This document shows, in pieces, positions 19,731 to 27,948 of a DNA stretch of 37,358 nucleotides (within the stretch, counting starts at the first letter, position 1; each line of letters starts with the position of its first letter). The position numbers were made by a program, and so were the translations under genes. This stretch comes from Bacteroidota bacterium (GTDB taxonomy: Bacteria; Bacteroidota; Bacteroidia; Flavobacteriales_F; PHOS-HE28), in NCBI GenBank assembly GCA_023430325.1, contig JAEZAU010000123.1, forward strand, positions 1 through 37,358. Reading direction: 5' to 3'. The notes under the pieces were generated by a model. The model was not told the origin of the DNA and searched no databases. It saw only the letters and a list, made by a program, of their open reading frames with translations.

Positions 19731-20825
19731 ATGAAGCTTAAAGAGATCATCCATCACCTCGAGTCTTTCGCACCGGGACAACTTCAGGAGGATTACGATA
19801 ACTCTGGCCTGCAGGTCGGCGATCCCGAAAAAGAGATCCGATCGGCGCTCGTATGCCTGGACTGCACCGAGGATGTTGTGGAAGAGGCACGATCAAAAGA
19901 TGCCGACCTGATCATCAGCCATCATCCGGTCATTTTCAAAGGTCTCAGGAGCCTTACCGGCCGCAACTATGTGGAACGCACCATCCTGAAGGCGATCAGG
20001 AACGACATCGCTATTTATTCGATCCACACCAATCTTGACAATGTGCTGTCCGGGGTGAATGGAGAGATGGCCGAACGCCTCGGTCTGAAGCCGATAGGCG
20101 TGCTTGATCCGAAGCCGGCGCAATTGCGCAAACTGGTGGTCTTCGTACCGAAAGATCACGCTGAAAAAGTGCGTTCGGCCATGTTCAAGGCAGGCGCCGG
20201 AGGCATCGGCGATTACAGCGAATGCAGTTTCAATTTGGAAGGTACTGGAACCTTCATGGCCGGTGCGGGTACCGACCCATACGTGGGAGCGATCGGCCAA
20301 CGCCATGAAGAAGCTGAGATCCGTGTGGAAGTCCTGGTGCGGGCCACACAGGAACGCGAGGTGGTCCGTGCCATGATCGAAGCACATCCCTATGAGGAAG
20401 TGGCTCATGATCTTTATCCACTGCTTAACAACGACAGATACACCGGAAGCGGACTTATTGGCGAATGGGAGAAACCGCTGAAAGAAGCAGAATTATTGGA
20501 CCTGTTGAAGAAGGTTTTCCAACTCCAGGCGATCCGCCATACGCGCTTGCTGGACCGGCCGGTGAAAAGGGTGGCCCTGTGTGGCGGATCCGGCTCATTC
20601 TTAATGGGTAAGGCCATTACCTCCGGTGTTGATGTCTTCATTACTGGAGACGTTAAGTACCACCAATTCTTCGATGCTGATGGCCGCATTTTACTGGTCG
20701 ATATCGGACACTTTGGCAGCGAGCAATACACCATGAACCTGATCCAGCGCCTGTTGAACGAAAAATTCCCTACCTTTGCCGTCCGTTTGACGGAGACCGT
20801 CACGGACCCGATCCATCATTACTGA
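19731..20825 (+). CDS. Nif3-like dinuclear metal-centre protein (GTP cyclohydrolase 1 type 2 homologue)
   Basis: ORF 19692..20825. The ATG at 19731 gives MKLKEIIHHLESFAP. Motifs DYDNSGLQVG, ISHHPVIFKGL, IYSIHTNLD and C-terminal DIGHFGSEQ. Confidence 0.88.
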   Translation: MKLKEIIHHLESFAPGQLQEDYDNSGLQVGDPEKEIRSALVCLDCTEDVVEEARSKDADLIISHHPVIFKGLRSLTGRNYVERTILKAIRNDIAIYSIHTNLDNVLSGVNGEMAERLGLKPIGVLDPKPAQLRKLVVFVPKDHAEKVRSAMFKAGAGGIGDYSECSFNLEGTGTFMAGAGTDPYVGAIGQRHEEAEIRVEVLVRATQEREVVRAMIEAHPYEEVAHDLYPLLNNDRYTGSGLIGEWEKPLKEAELLDLLKKVFQLQAIRHTRLLDRPVKRVALCGGSGSFLMGKAITSGVDVFITGDVKYHQFFDADGRILLVDIGHFGSEQYTMNLIQRLLNEKFPTFAVRLTETVTDPIHHY

Positions 20826-20828
20826 ACC

Positions 20829-21665
20829 ATGGCGAAGAGCGACGTTAAGGCGCCTGCAAAAGAAGCTAAGACCAGCACCACCAACGGCAGAGCCACCAAC
20901 GCTGCGGCCAAGGCTGAGATCACGATAGCTGAAAAGCTCGTCGAACTTTTCCGTCTGCAGCATATCGATTCCCAGGTGGACAAGATCCGCACCCAGCGTG
21001 GCGAACTGCCCCTTGAGGTGCAGGACCTGGAAGATGAAGTGGCCGGCCTTGAGACCCGACTTGCGAAGCTCCAGGAAGAGCTTCATGAGATGGAGATGCA
21101 GGTCACTGATAAGCAGAACCTCATCAAGGATGCCAAGGCCCATATAAAGAAGTACGAAGGCCAGCAGAGCAAAGTCCGCAACAACCGCGAATACGATTCG
21201 CTCACCAAGGAGATCGAGTTCCAGAACCTGGAGATCCAGCTGGCCGAGAAGCGTATCAAAGAGGCCAAGTCCGTCATCGATTCCAAGCGCGTGGTGGTGG
21301 AAGAGAGCGGTAAAATGCTCGAGGATCGCAAGAAGGATCTTGAGATCAAGAAGAAGGAGCTCAACGATATAGTGGCCGAGACCGAGAAGGAGGAGAAGGA
21401 ACTGCAGAAGAAGAGTGACGAGGCCTCAAGCCATATCGAAGAGCGTTTGTTGGGCGCCTACCACCGTATCCGCAGCAATGCACGCAACGGCCTGGCCGTT
21501 GTGCCCGTGGAGCGCGGCAGTTGCGGCGGCTGCTTCAACGCCATTCCCCCGCAGCGCCAGCTGGATATCGGCAGCCACAAGAAGATCATTGTTTGTGAGC
21601 ACTGCGGCCGTATCCTCGTAGATGATGAGGTGGTGGAGCGTGTGAAGGGTAAACAGGAGGCATAA
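20829..21665 (+). CDS. C4-type zinc-ribbon coiled-coil protein (COG1579/DUF164-like, usual partner of Nif3)
   Basis: Long Glu/Lys-rich coiled coil, then CGGCFNAIPPQRQ...IIVCEHCGRIL (two CxxC pairs). Positioned 3 nt after the Nif3-like gene. Confidence 0.85.
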   Translation: MAKSDVKAPAKEAKTSTTNGRATNAAAKAEITIAEKLVELFRLQHIDSQVDKIRTQRGELPLEVQDLEDEVAGLETRLAKLQEELHEMEMQVTDKQNLIKDAKAHIKKYEGQQSKVRNNREYDSLTKEIEFQNLEIQLAEKRIKEAKSVIDSKRVVVEESGKMLEDRKKDLEIKKKELNDIVAETEKEEKELQKKSDEASSHIEERLLGAYHRIRSNARNGLAVVPVERGSCGGCFNAIPPQRQLDIGSHKKIIVCEHCGRILVDDEVVERVKGKQEA

Positions 21666-21689
21666 GCCTTTTTACCGATCGAAATAATG

Positions 21690-21720
21690 AAAGGCCCGTG
21701 CATGCGGGCCTTTTTCTTTT
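21690..21720 (+). terminator. Rho-independent terminator of the Nif3/zinc-ribbon operon
   Basis: AAAGGCCCG tgcatg CGGGCCTTT forms a 9-bp stem (21690-21698 with 21705-21713), followed by TTTTCTTTT. It lies 25 nt after the stop codon. Confidence 0.85.
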
Positions 21721-22045
21721 GGACGTGTCCCTCCGCACGCTACGGGTCAGGCTATCCGCTGTACTCCTCCTCCCTACGGTCGTGCGGGGTGCCGCTCCTA
21801 TCCTTCACGCGCGGTGCTGGCCAGGTGATCGGTATCGATCCGTCATTCCAGGTTCCTTCTGGGATCCCGGTATCTCAAACGCGATCACGGGTTCATTGGC
21901 CGGTATGACAGGATCTGCGTAAGTGGCGCAGGCGGAAAGCCCGCAACCTCACTCCAGCCCTCTCCCGTGGAGCGGGAGCGAAGCAGAAAAAGATCATTGT
22001 GAGGACTTGCAGCCGTAGCCACGTCCTGGCAGGAATTCGCCCGAA
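21721..22045. repeat. Composite inverted-arm copy of the structured intergenic repeat family (copy A: arm A2 on minus strand at left, arm A1 on plus strand at right)
   Basis: 21912-21946 is the reverse complement of 29258-29292 with one mismatch in 35 nt. Weaker collinear similarity to the reverse complement of 29198-29545 runs along the whole interval. Shared features include cores gcggaaagcccgcaa (21932-21946) and gaggacttgcag (22001-22012), end motif cgcccgaa (22038-22045) and a left-arm stem pairing 21733-21739 with 21781-21787. The terminator at 21690-21720 may be the diverged outer hairpin of arm A2. Confidence 0.7.
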
Positions 22046-22067
22046 GCGAACGGAGAAGTGCGTTCGA

Positions 22068-22757
22068 TCAATCGTTCTCTCCCGTGAACCTCACCACTTC
22101 TGATTTGGTCCCGAAAAGGACAAGTATGTCGCCTTTAGAAGGCACGAAATCAGGATCCATCACACCCAGGGCGCCCAACTTTATCGATCGGCGGCCCAGG
22201 AAGCTTTTCTCGCTCTCTTTACGCAGAACAGTTACCAGGCCGAGCTGCCTCTGGCGCAATTCCTCGATCTGGCTCAGCGGCTTGCCTACGAACTTATCGG
22301 GCACCACGATCTCGGCGATGATGAAGCCGCCCGGCAGCTCGAACTGGTCCACCAACCTTCGAAGGTTGAGTTTGCGCGCCAGACCTTCGGCAGCTTTTTC
22401 TTCGGGATGCACGATATCGGTGACACCCATGGAATTGAGCACCATCTCGTGCATGGGGTTGATCGCACGGCTGATGACGCGTTTCACCTTCATGTTCACC
22501 AATATGGCGGTGGTCATGATGTTGGCACCTTCATCTTCACCTATGGCCACCACGGCGGCATCCACATCGTTCAGCGGCAGGGTGTTCACCGCCTGGGGGT
22601 CATTGCTTTCGAGGCATACAGCGTAGGACACCTGGTTCTTCACCGCATCCACCTGTGCCATGTTATGATCTATGGCGATCACCTCATGCCCCATCTGCGT
22701 AAGCTTGATGGCCAGATGCCTGCCGAAGTTGCCAAGACCAAAGATCGCGACCTTCAT
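22068..22757 (-). CDS. trkA: TrkA/KtrA-type potassium uptake regulatory protein (RCK N + RCK C domains)
   Basis: Rossmann motif MKVAIFGLGNFGRHLA. The C-terminal RCK_C-like segment reads ..IAEIVVPDKFVGKPLSQIE....VTVLRK. Length 229 aa, 6 nt downstream of trkH. Confidence 0.85.
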   Translation of the reverse strand: MKVAIFGLGNFGRHLAIKLTQMGHEVIAIDHNMAQVDAVKNQVSYAVCLESNDPQAVNTLPLNDVDAAVVAIGEDEGANIMTTAILVNMKVKRVISRAINPMHEMVLNSMGVTDIVHPEEKAAEGLARKLNLRRLVDQFELPGGFIIAEIVVPDKFVGKPLSQIEELRQRQLGLVTVLRKESEKSFLGRRSIKLGALGVMDPDFVPSKGDILVLFGTKSEVVRFTGEND

Positions 22758-22763
22758 GTTCTT

Positions 22764-24524
22764 CTAGTTGATGAGGATATCTTCCTTGGGGTAACGATAC
22801 GGGCTGCTCTGTACTTGCCTGAGCACCGCCACCAGCAGGTTCAAGGCACTCACACGGCCCACGAACATCACCACGCTGAGCACCATGCGTGCCGGATCGG
22901 TGAGTTCGGACGTGATGCCCATGGAAAGCCCGACAGTACTGTAGGCCGAGAAACATTCGAACGCGAGTACCAGCAGATCATGGGCAGGTTCCAGGGATGC
23001 GACGATAGCCACGGAGAGACCAAGGAACACAAGCGAAAGCACGATCTGTGAAAGGGTGCGACGAATGCTGAGCACACTGATCTCACGGCCGCCATATTCC
23101 ACACGATCCCTTCCACGCGCAGTGGCGAATACCGTCAGCGTGGCAATGGCGAAAGTGGTGGTCTTGATGCCACCGGCCGTACTGCCCGGTGAGCCTCCAA
23201 TGTACATGAGCAGCAGAATGATCATGATGGAGGGTATGGCCAGCGAGTGGGTGGGTACTGCGGCGAAACCGCAAGACCGGGGGGTGGCTCCCGTGAAGAA
23301 TGCTGCCGTGAAGCGGCCCCACCAGGTGGTGTGCCCGGCCAGAGCACCGTTCCACTCGAAGACAAGTATGGAGACGGTACCCACTACGAGCAGGATCAGC
23401 GTGGTCTGAAGCACGAGCCGCGAACTGAGATTCACCACCCGGGGATGACGTTGTAAGGGAGTTCCCAAAAACAGTCTTTTCAGACGGCTGATGATCCAAA
23501 GCTTCAACCACCTGCCGAAGTTGAATGTGATACCAAAGCCCAGGCCGCCGGCTATGAAGAGGAGGGCCACCACCCAGAGCAGTGGATAATTGGTACGGAA
23601 CGGCATTTCCTCCATACCGGCACCATGGGTGGAGAAACCTGCATTATTGAAAGCGGAGATGCTGTGGAATACCGAGAAGAAGATCCGATCTGATATGTCC
23701 ATGAACATGTCATCGGGTAGTGAAGCGAAGATGAACACCATGCCGATGGCCTCTATGGTGATGGTGAACAGAATGACCTTGATGATGAACGAGCGGGCAT
23801 TGGAGAGCGATGTCTGCGCAATGTCCCGAATCCTCAATTGCTCTTCAAGCGATGTACGGCCCTTGAAAAAGAACGCGAAAAAGCTCGTGAAGGTCATTAC
23901 ACCGAGACCGCCGAGCTGGAACAAGAGCATCAATACCCACTGGCCCATGGGAGTAAGGTCCGTACCTACATCGATCACGCTGAGACCTGTGACACATACC
24001 GCCGAGGTGGCCGTAAATACGGCATCCACCATGGAGATAGGGCGCGTGGTGGCGTTGGGAAGCAGCAGTAATGCCGAACCGATGGAGATCAGCAGGATGA
24101 AACTTGCGGCAAAGAGCAGGGCGGGGTTGAAGAGCGTGCTGCCCCGGCCGATCTCCAACCTTGAAAGTTCAATGAAGATGAAGAACAATAGGAAGATCAG
24201 ATGAGGCCAATGATATTCATCATCCCATAGCTCAAGCCCCGCAGGCCTCACATAGATGAGCAACAATGCCGCGATGAACCACAGGGCCTCTGCCTTGCGT
24301 ACGGCCAGGCCACGCAGCATGCTGCGGATGATGCTTCCGAGCGTAACCAACGCTGCCGCCACCACAAGACCATAGCTCAGCCGGTTGATCAGTTGTTCTG
24401 TGGAAGTATCGGCCCGGTAACCGAACTCCAACAAAAAGAGAAAGACGGCCAGAATGATGACGATGACCCGGGCCAGGCCTACCACCTCCTTGCGAAGAAC
24501 GGTACGGAGGAGGGTCTGTTTCAT
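22764..24524 (-). CDS. trkH: TrkH/KtrB-family potassium transporter
   Basis: Multi-pass membrane protein with four selectivity-filter-like P-loops: CVTGLSV, FNNAGFS, GGSPGSTAGGIKTTTF and YSTVGLS. Length 586 aa. Confidence 0.88.
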   Translation of the reverse strand: MKQTLLRTVLRKEVVGLARVIVIILAVFLFLLEFGYRADTSTEQLINRLSYGLVVAAALVTLGSIIRSMLRGLAVRKAEALWFIAALLLIYVRPAGLELWDDEYHWPHLIFLLFFIFIELSRLEIGRGSTLFNPALLFAASFILLISIGSALLLLPNATTRPISMVDAVFTATSAVCVTGLSVIDVGTDLTPMGQWVLMLLFQLGGLGVMTFTSFFAFFFKGRTSLEEQLRIRDIAQTSLSNARSFIIKVILFTITIEAIGMVFIFASLPDDMFMDISDRIFFSVFHSISAFNNAGFSTHGAGMEEMPFRTNYPLLWVVALLFIAGGLGFGITFNFGRWLKLWIISRLKRLFLGTPLQRHPRVVNLSSRLVLQTTLILLVVGTVSILVFEWNGALAGHTTWWGRFTAAFFTGATPRSCGFAAVPTHSLAIPSIMIILLLMYIGGSPGSTAGGIKTTTFAIATLTVFATARGRDRVEYGGREISVLSIRRTLSQIVLSLVFLGLSVAIVASLEPAHDLLVLAFECFSAYSTVGLSMGITSELTDPARMVLSVVMFVGRVSALNLLVAVLRQVQSSPYRYPKEDILIN

Positions 24525-24560
24525 CTATGCAGTGGACTGCGGGTCCATGCGGCGAAGGTG

Positions 24561-24568
24561 CAAAACTA
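24561..24568 (-). promoter_or_regulatory. Bacteroidota -7 type promoter-like motif TAGTTTTG (minus strand)
   Basis: Reverse complement of caaaacta, 37 nt upstream of the trkH ATG (24524). No convincing -33 element. Confidence 0.4.
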
Positions 24569-24586
24569 GGCGGTGCCGAAATAGTA

Positions 24587-27205
24587 TCAAGGATCTTCGG
24601 CCAAAGCATGGATACTGTATGCGATCAGTCTTCCATTGCCGTCGGCGGTGATCAATTCGGGTATCTTGTCCAGGTTGAGATCGGCGACTGCAGGTGCTAT
24701 TGTTCCCTTCACCGGTGACCCGGCGGTCTCTTTTCCGAACTCATCGAAGAGAACTATCCTGCCATCCTTGGTGCCAGCGCTCAGAAGCATCCGCTTTCCG
24801 GACCTGTGGTGGCCCACATGTTCGATCGTGCTCCCGGTGAGCGTTCTTACGAATAGTTGCCTCCCATCCCGTGTAACTACCAGACTATCCTTGCTGGCAT
24901 GGACCGATTCGTTCTCACCATCGTTATCGATGTCGATGGATCGTCTTATCGCATCCGCAGGAACTGCTTCAACAACTCCTCTTTCTCCAGCCAAGCTGGC
25001 GGTATTCAAAGTGCCAACGCTCGAAAGCCAGCATATCGTGGTGGCCATGATCTCCGAGCCTGCATCGATACTTTCGATCTGCGGTGAAGGCCCGAGCTCC
25101 AACGAGGTGCGTTCCCGGGGCTGTCCTCTTCGATCGAAGATGTGGACCTTGCCAGTGGCATCTGCGACGATGAGATGATCCTTGTTCTTGATGCGGAAAT
25201 GTTGCACTGCGTGAACGGCGGTCCCCGGCAGCCGGGGTTTCTCCCAGCCGTTCACCTCACCACCGGTCAGATCGAAGTTCAGGATACGCGCATCTTCATC
25301 GGCCAATAGGATCCGGTATTCCTTATCGTTCTCATAGTCGAACACAGCGAGCGGTGCTGTTGCTTTCTTCTTCAAGATCACCGGGAAACCGGTTACGTTC
25401 TTTCCGTTCCGATCGATCAAATGGATCTCCTTTTCCGTATTGAAGAGCAGCTGGAGCTTTCCGTTCTTGAACCTGTCCACCTGATGCACCTGGCCCAACA
25501 CGGCATCGTTCAATTGACGGCTCCATAAGACCTTTCCCGTGCTTCCGATCAAATGAAGCTGGTGCCGGGCATCCTGAACGAGTACTTCCAGCGTGTTGTT
25601 GTTGTGGTTCCTTACCACAAAAGGACCTCGAATGATGGATGCGCCTACCTCTGTTTCCCATAGCACGCCGTTGCCCTGCTGCTGTTGCATTGGAGCGTGC
25701 TGCAGACCGGCGGTGACATGCACGAAGCCTTTGTGACCTGGTGAGATCTGGATGGTGAGACCGCCAAGCTTCTGCCAGAAAGCACTGTTCTCTTTCCAGG
25801 TCTGCTGAGCGGAAGGTCTCAATTCCGGCAGGATCAGTTCTCCACTACGCGCAATATCACACCACCAGGTCCGGGCCGCTTCATTGCTCATGCGTTGGGA
25901 CCATGACGAGGTGCGCGGATCTTCAGCGAGTGAATTCCCGTCAAGCCAGGCATCGATCGAGGTGCGCAGTGTCGCCGGATCGCTGGAAAAAAGGACGATA
26001 TCACCCAATATTATCCACCATGGCTGCGGCATGTCGATCGCAACATGGCCGAAGAGTTCCTTGAATGGTTCGGCCAACGGCAATTGTTGAAGCAATATTC
26101 CCCGGTGTTCCTGTTGGGCACAACCGGAGCCGCAGAGTGATGAGAGCGCACGTGAGGCTTCCTCTTCATCTCCGGCCTCAAGAAAATACCATGTGTACGC
26201 GCTGGCATCCATCATGGCACGCGCATGGCCCACAGGACCGTTCACCCAGGAGAACATCGCGTTCTTCAAGCTGTCCTCCGCGGCGGATCCGATCGCGGCG
26301 AGGTAGGCATCCGGATCTTCCACATGATCCATGTAGAGCATGGAAACGGTTGCCGGCAGAACGCGATGAATGCTGGACCTGCCGCTGCCCTGGATGGCCT
26401 TGTTCTCCGTTCCAAGGAGTCCGCTGAGAAGAAGTGCATCGGGCCTTGAACGAACATCCATGGCAAGCCAGCCATCAGGTATCTGCGATACCTCGGTCTT
26501 TTGCGGTGAGGTCCATAATTCCAGAAGCCGCGCACTTCGTCGTGCGTGCAGAAGCAGGCTGGCGTCGGTCCCTTTTCCCAAGGTCGTGTGCATACGCATG
26601 AACTGATCGTCCTGTGTCAATGAGCGGCCGCTCTGCATCTGGAGCGAAGCCTCTTCCATCACGTAAGCGGAAGAGGACATCAACCAGATGTTCCCTTTCA
26701 ACTGAATGAAGAGCTTTGGCAGAGCGGTGTCTGGCAGGTAGCTGATCACTTCTCCTGTGCGTAACGTGGCGATGGATGCATCGTCCAACCCGAGCAGACC
26801 GGCGAAACTCTCGATCGGTGCTGCTTCTCCGGAACGTGGGATGCCGATGAAAAGTCCACCAAGTCCTTCGCTGCCATCGCGCATGAGGCAGATCATCACT
26901 TCCGCATCCTTTATCGCAGCACCCAATATGGCATCGTTCTGCATCCGTTCCACCGTACGGCCTATGAACGCTCCTGAGGCAGCGAAGGATGGGATCTCCT
27001 TACATGCCTCCCAGATCAACGAGGTGTGCGTGAACCGGTCCCAATTGTTCCAGGCATCGGGAATGGTGATGATGGCTGCGCTCTGCTCCGGTACCAGCGA
27101 CCATGGATCCACCGATCGCAACGGTAGAAGACGATCCTTGTAGATGAAGTAGAGTGCCGCACCGATCGCTGCGAGCAGGAACAGGACCGTGAGAAAGCGC
27201 CGCAT
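24587..27205 (-). CDS. Membrane-anchored hypothetical protein (872 aa) with C-terminal beta-propeller-like repeats
   Basis: N-terminal anchor MRRFLTVLFLLAAIGAALYFIY. The C-terminal half has repeated blade-like segments (..LHLIGSTGKVLW.., ..IHLIDRNGKNVTGFP.., ..ARILNFDLTGGEVNGW.., ..VHIFDRRGQPR.., DIDNDGENE, ADLNLDKIPELITADGNGRLIAY) resembling FG-GAP or PQQ-type propellers. No catalytic motif recognised. Confidence 0.6.
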   Translation of the reverse strand: MRRFLTVLFLLAAIGAALYFIYKDRLLPLRSVDPWSLVPEQSAAIITIPDAWNNWDRFTHTSLIWEACKEIPSFAASGAFIGRTVERMQNDAILGAAIKDAEVMICLMRDGSEGLGGLFIGIPRSGEAAPIESFAGLLGLDDASIATLRTGEVISYLPDTALPKLFIQLKGNIWLMSSSAYVMEEASLQMQSGRSLTQDDQFMRMHTTLGKGTDASLLLHARRSARLLELWTSPQKTEVSQIPDGWLAMDVRSRPDALLLSGLLGTENKAIQGSGRSSIHRVLPATVSMLYMDHVEDPDAYLAAIGSAAEDSLKNAMFSWVNGPVGHARAMMDASAYTWYFLEAGDEEEASRALSSLCGSGCAQQEHRGILLQQLPLAEPFKELFGHVAIDMPQPWWIILGDIVLFSSDPATLRTSIDAWLDGNSLAEDPRTSSWSQRMSNEAARTWWCDIARSGELILPELRPSAQQTWKENSAFWQKLGGLTIQISPGHKGFVHVTAGLQHAPMQQQQGNGVLWETEVGASIIRGPFVVRNHNNNTLEVLVQDARHQLHLIGSTGKVLWSRQLNDAVLGQVHQVDRFKNGKLQLLFNTEKEIHLIDRNGKNVTGFPVILKKKATAPLAVFDYENDKEYRILLADEDARILNFDLTGGEVNGWEKPRLPGTAVHAVQHFRIKNKDHLIVADATGKVHIFDRRGQPRERTSLELGPSPQIESIDAGSEIMATTICWLSSVGTLNTASLAGERGVVEAVPADAIRRSIDIDNDGENESVHASKDSLVVTRDGRQLFVRTLTGSTIEHVGHHRSGKRMLLSAGTKDGRIVLFDEFGKETAGSPVKGTIAPAVADLNLDKIPELITADGNGRLIAYSIHALAEDP

Positions 27206-27215
27206 CTGCAGCGAT

Positions 27216-27223
27216 CAAAAGTA
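27216..27223 (-). promoter_or_regulatory. Bacteroidota -7 type promoter-like motif TACTTTTG (minus strand)
   Basis: Reverse complement of caaaagta, 10 nt upstream of the ATG at 27205, implying a very short leader. No clear -33 element. Confidence 0.35.
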
Positions 27224-27288
27224 TCCCATCATACGGCCGGTCCCCGGATGTGGCACCCACCCTTTGCACACGCGCTTGTGGACAGTGG

Positions 27289-27927
27289 TCAGACCGTTTC
27301 TGTCTCGGTCCCGGCTTCACTCCAGTCCAGGTCCAACTCATCACCCAGGTAGCTCAGGCGGAAACTTTTCCTGTGATGTTCGGTATGCCCGATCCGATCC
27401 AATGTTGCACGATGATCGATGGTGGCGTAGCCCTTATTGCTGATCCAATTGTATTCGGGATGCTGCTCATGAAGCTGCACCATCATGGCATCACGATGTG
27501 TCTTGGCAAGGATGCTCGCAGCCGCAATGCTTCGGAACTTTCCATCGCCTTCAACGATGCAGACATGTGGAATGCCTGAATACGGCGGGAACCGGTTGCC
27601 ATCGATGAGCAGCTGTTGCGGGATCATCTTCAATGCCGAGATGGCGCGGTGCATGGCCAGAAAAGAAGCGTGGTAGATGTTGATCCGATCGATCTCTTCG
27701 GTGGAGGCCGAAGCCACCGACCAGGCCAGTGCACGATCCTCGATCAATAGACGCAGTTCAGAGCGCTGCTCCGCCGTGAGCTTCTTGCTATCATCCAGGC
27801 CGGGCAGCCGCACCCGCGGTGGAAGGATCACTGCGGCCGCGACCACAGGGCCGGCCAGACAACCACGGCCGGCCTCATCGCAGCCTGCTTCCAGCAGACC
27901 CTTGGTGTGTTGCGGCGAAAGAGCCAT
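27289..27927 (-). CDS. rnhB: Ribonuclease HII
   Basis: ORF 27289..27933. GCDEAGRGCLAGPVVAAAVIL (DEAGRG active site), DDSKKL, and ..IVEGDGKFRSIAAASILAK. ATG at 27927 is preferred; the ORF-track start at 27933 is a GTG. Confidence 0.9.
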   Translation of the reverse strand: MALSPQHTKGLLEAGCDEAGRGCLAGPVVAAAVILPPRVRLPGLDDSKKLTAEQRSELRLLIEDRALAWSVASASTEEIDRINIYHASFLAMHRAISALKMIPQQLLIDGNRFPPYSGIPHVCIVEGDGKFRSIAAASILAKTHRDAMMVQLHEQHPEYNWISNKGYATIDHRATLDRIGHTEHHRKSFRLSYLGDELDLDWSEAGTETETV

Positions 27928-27948
27928 CGCCACGAAAGTAGATGCAGC

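Noticed and set aside
21687-21922. Two overlapping plus-strand ORFs (73 and 74 aa) after the zinc-ribbon gene.
   Set aside because: They start inside the rho-independent terminator hairpin and run through the repeat element. The composition is low-complexity. No promoter-like motif is present.
22046-22066. Hairpin CGAACG-n8-CGTTCG just downstream of the trkA stop, as a trkA terminator.
   Set aside because: The stem is only 6 bp and no U-tract follows on the minus strand. It may contribute, but I cannot support it as a terminator. The adjacent repeat arm is the more likely structural barrier.
21721-22067. Possible single-copy structured RNA gene (RNase P RNA, tmRNA, SRP RNA, 6S RNA or a riboswitch) in the 350-nt gap, which has a long-range closing helix.
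   Set aside because: The hallmark sequences I know are absent on either strand. There is no GAGGAAAGUCC or ACAGAACCCGGCUUA-type RNase P motif, no tmRNA tRNA-like end or tag ORF, and no B12 box. The interval lies between two gene 3' ends, so it is not a leader. Homologous sequence recurs at 29.2-29.5 kb and 2.7 kb, so it is a repeat family.
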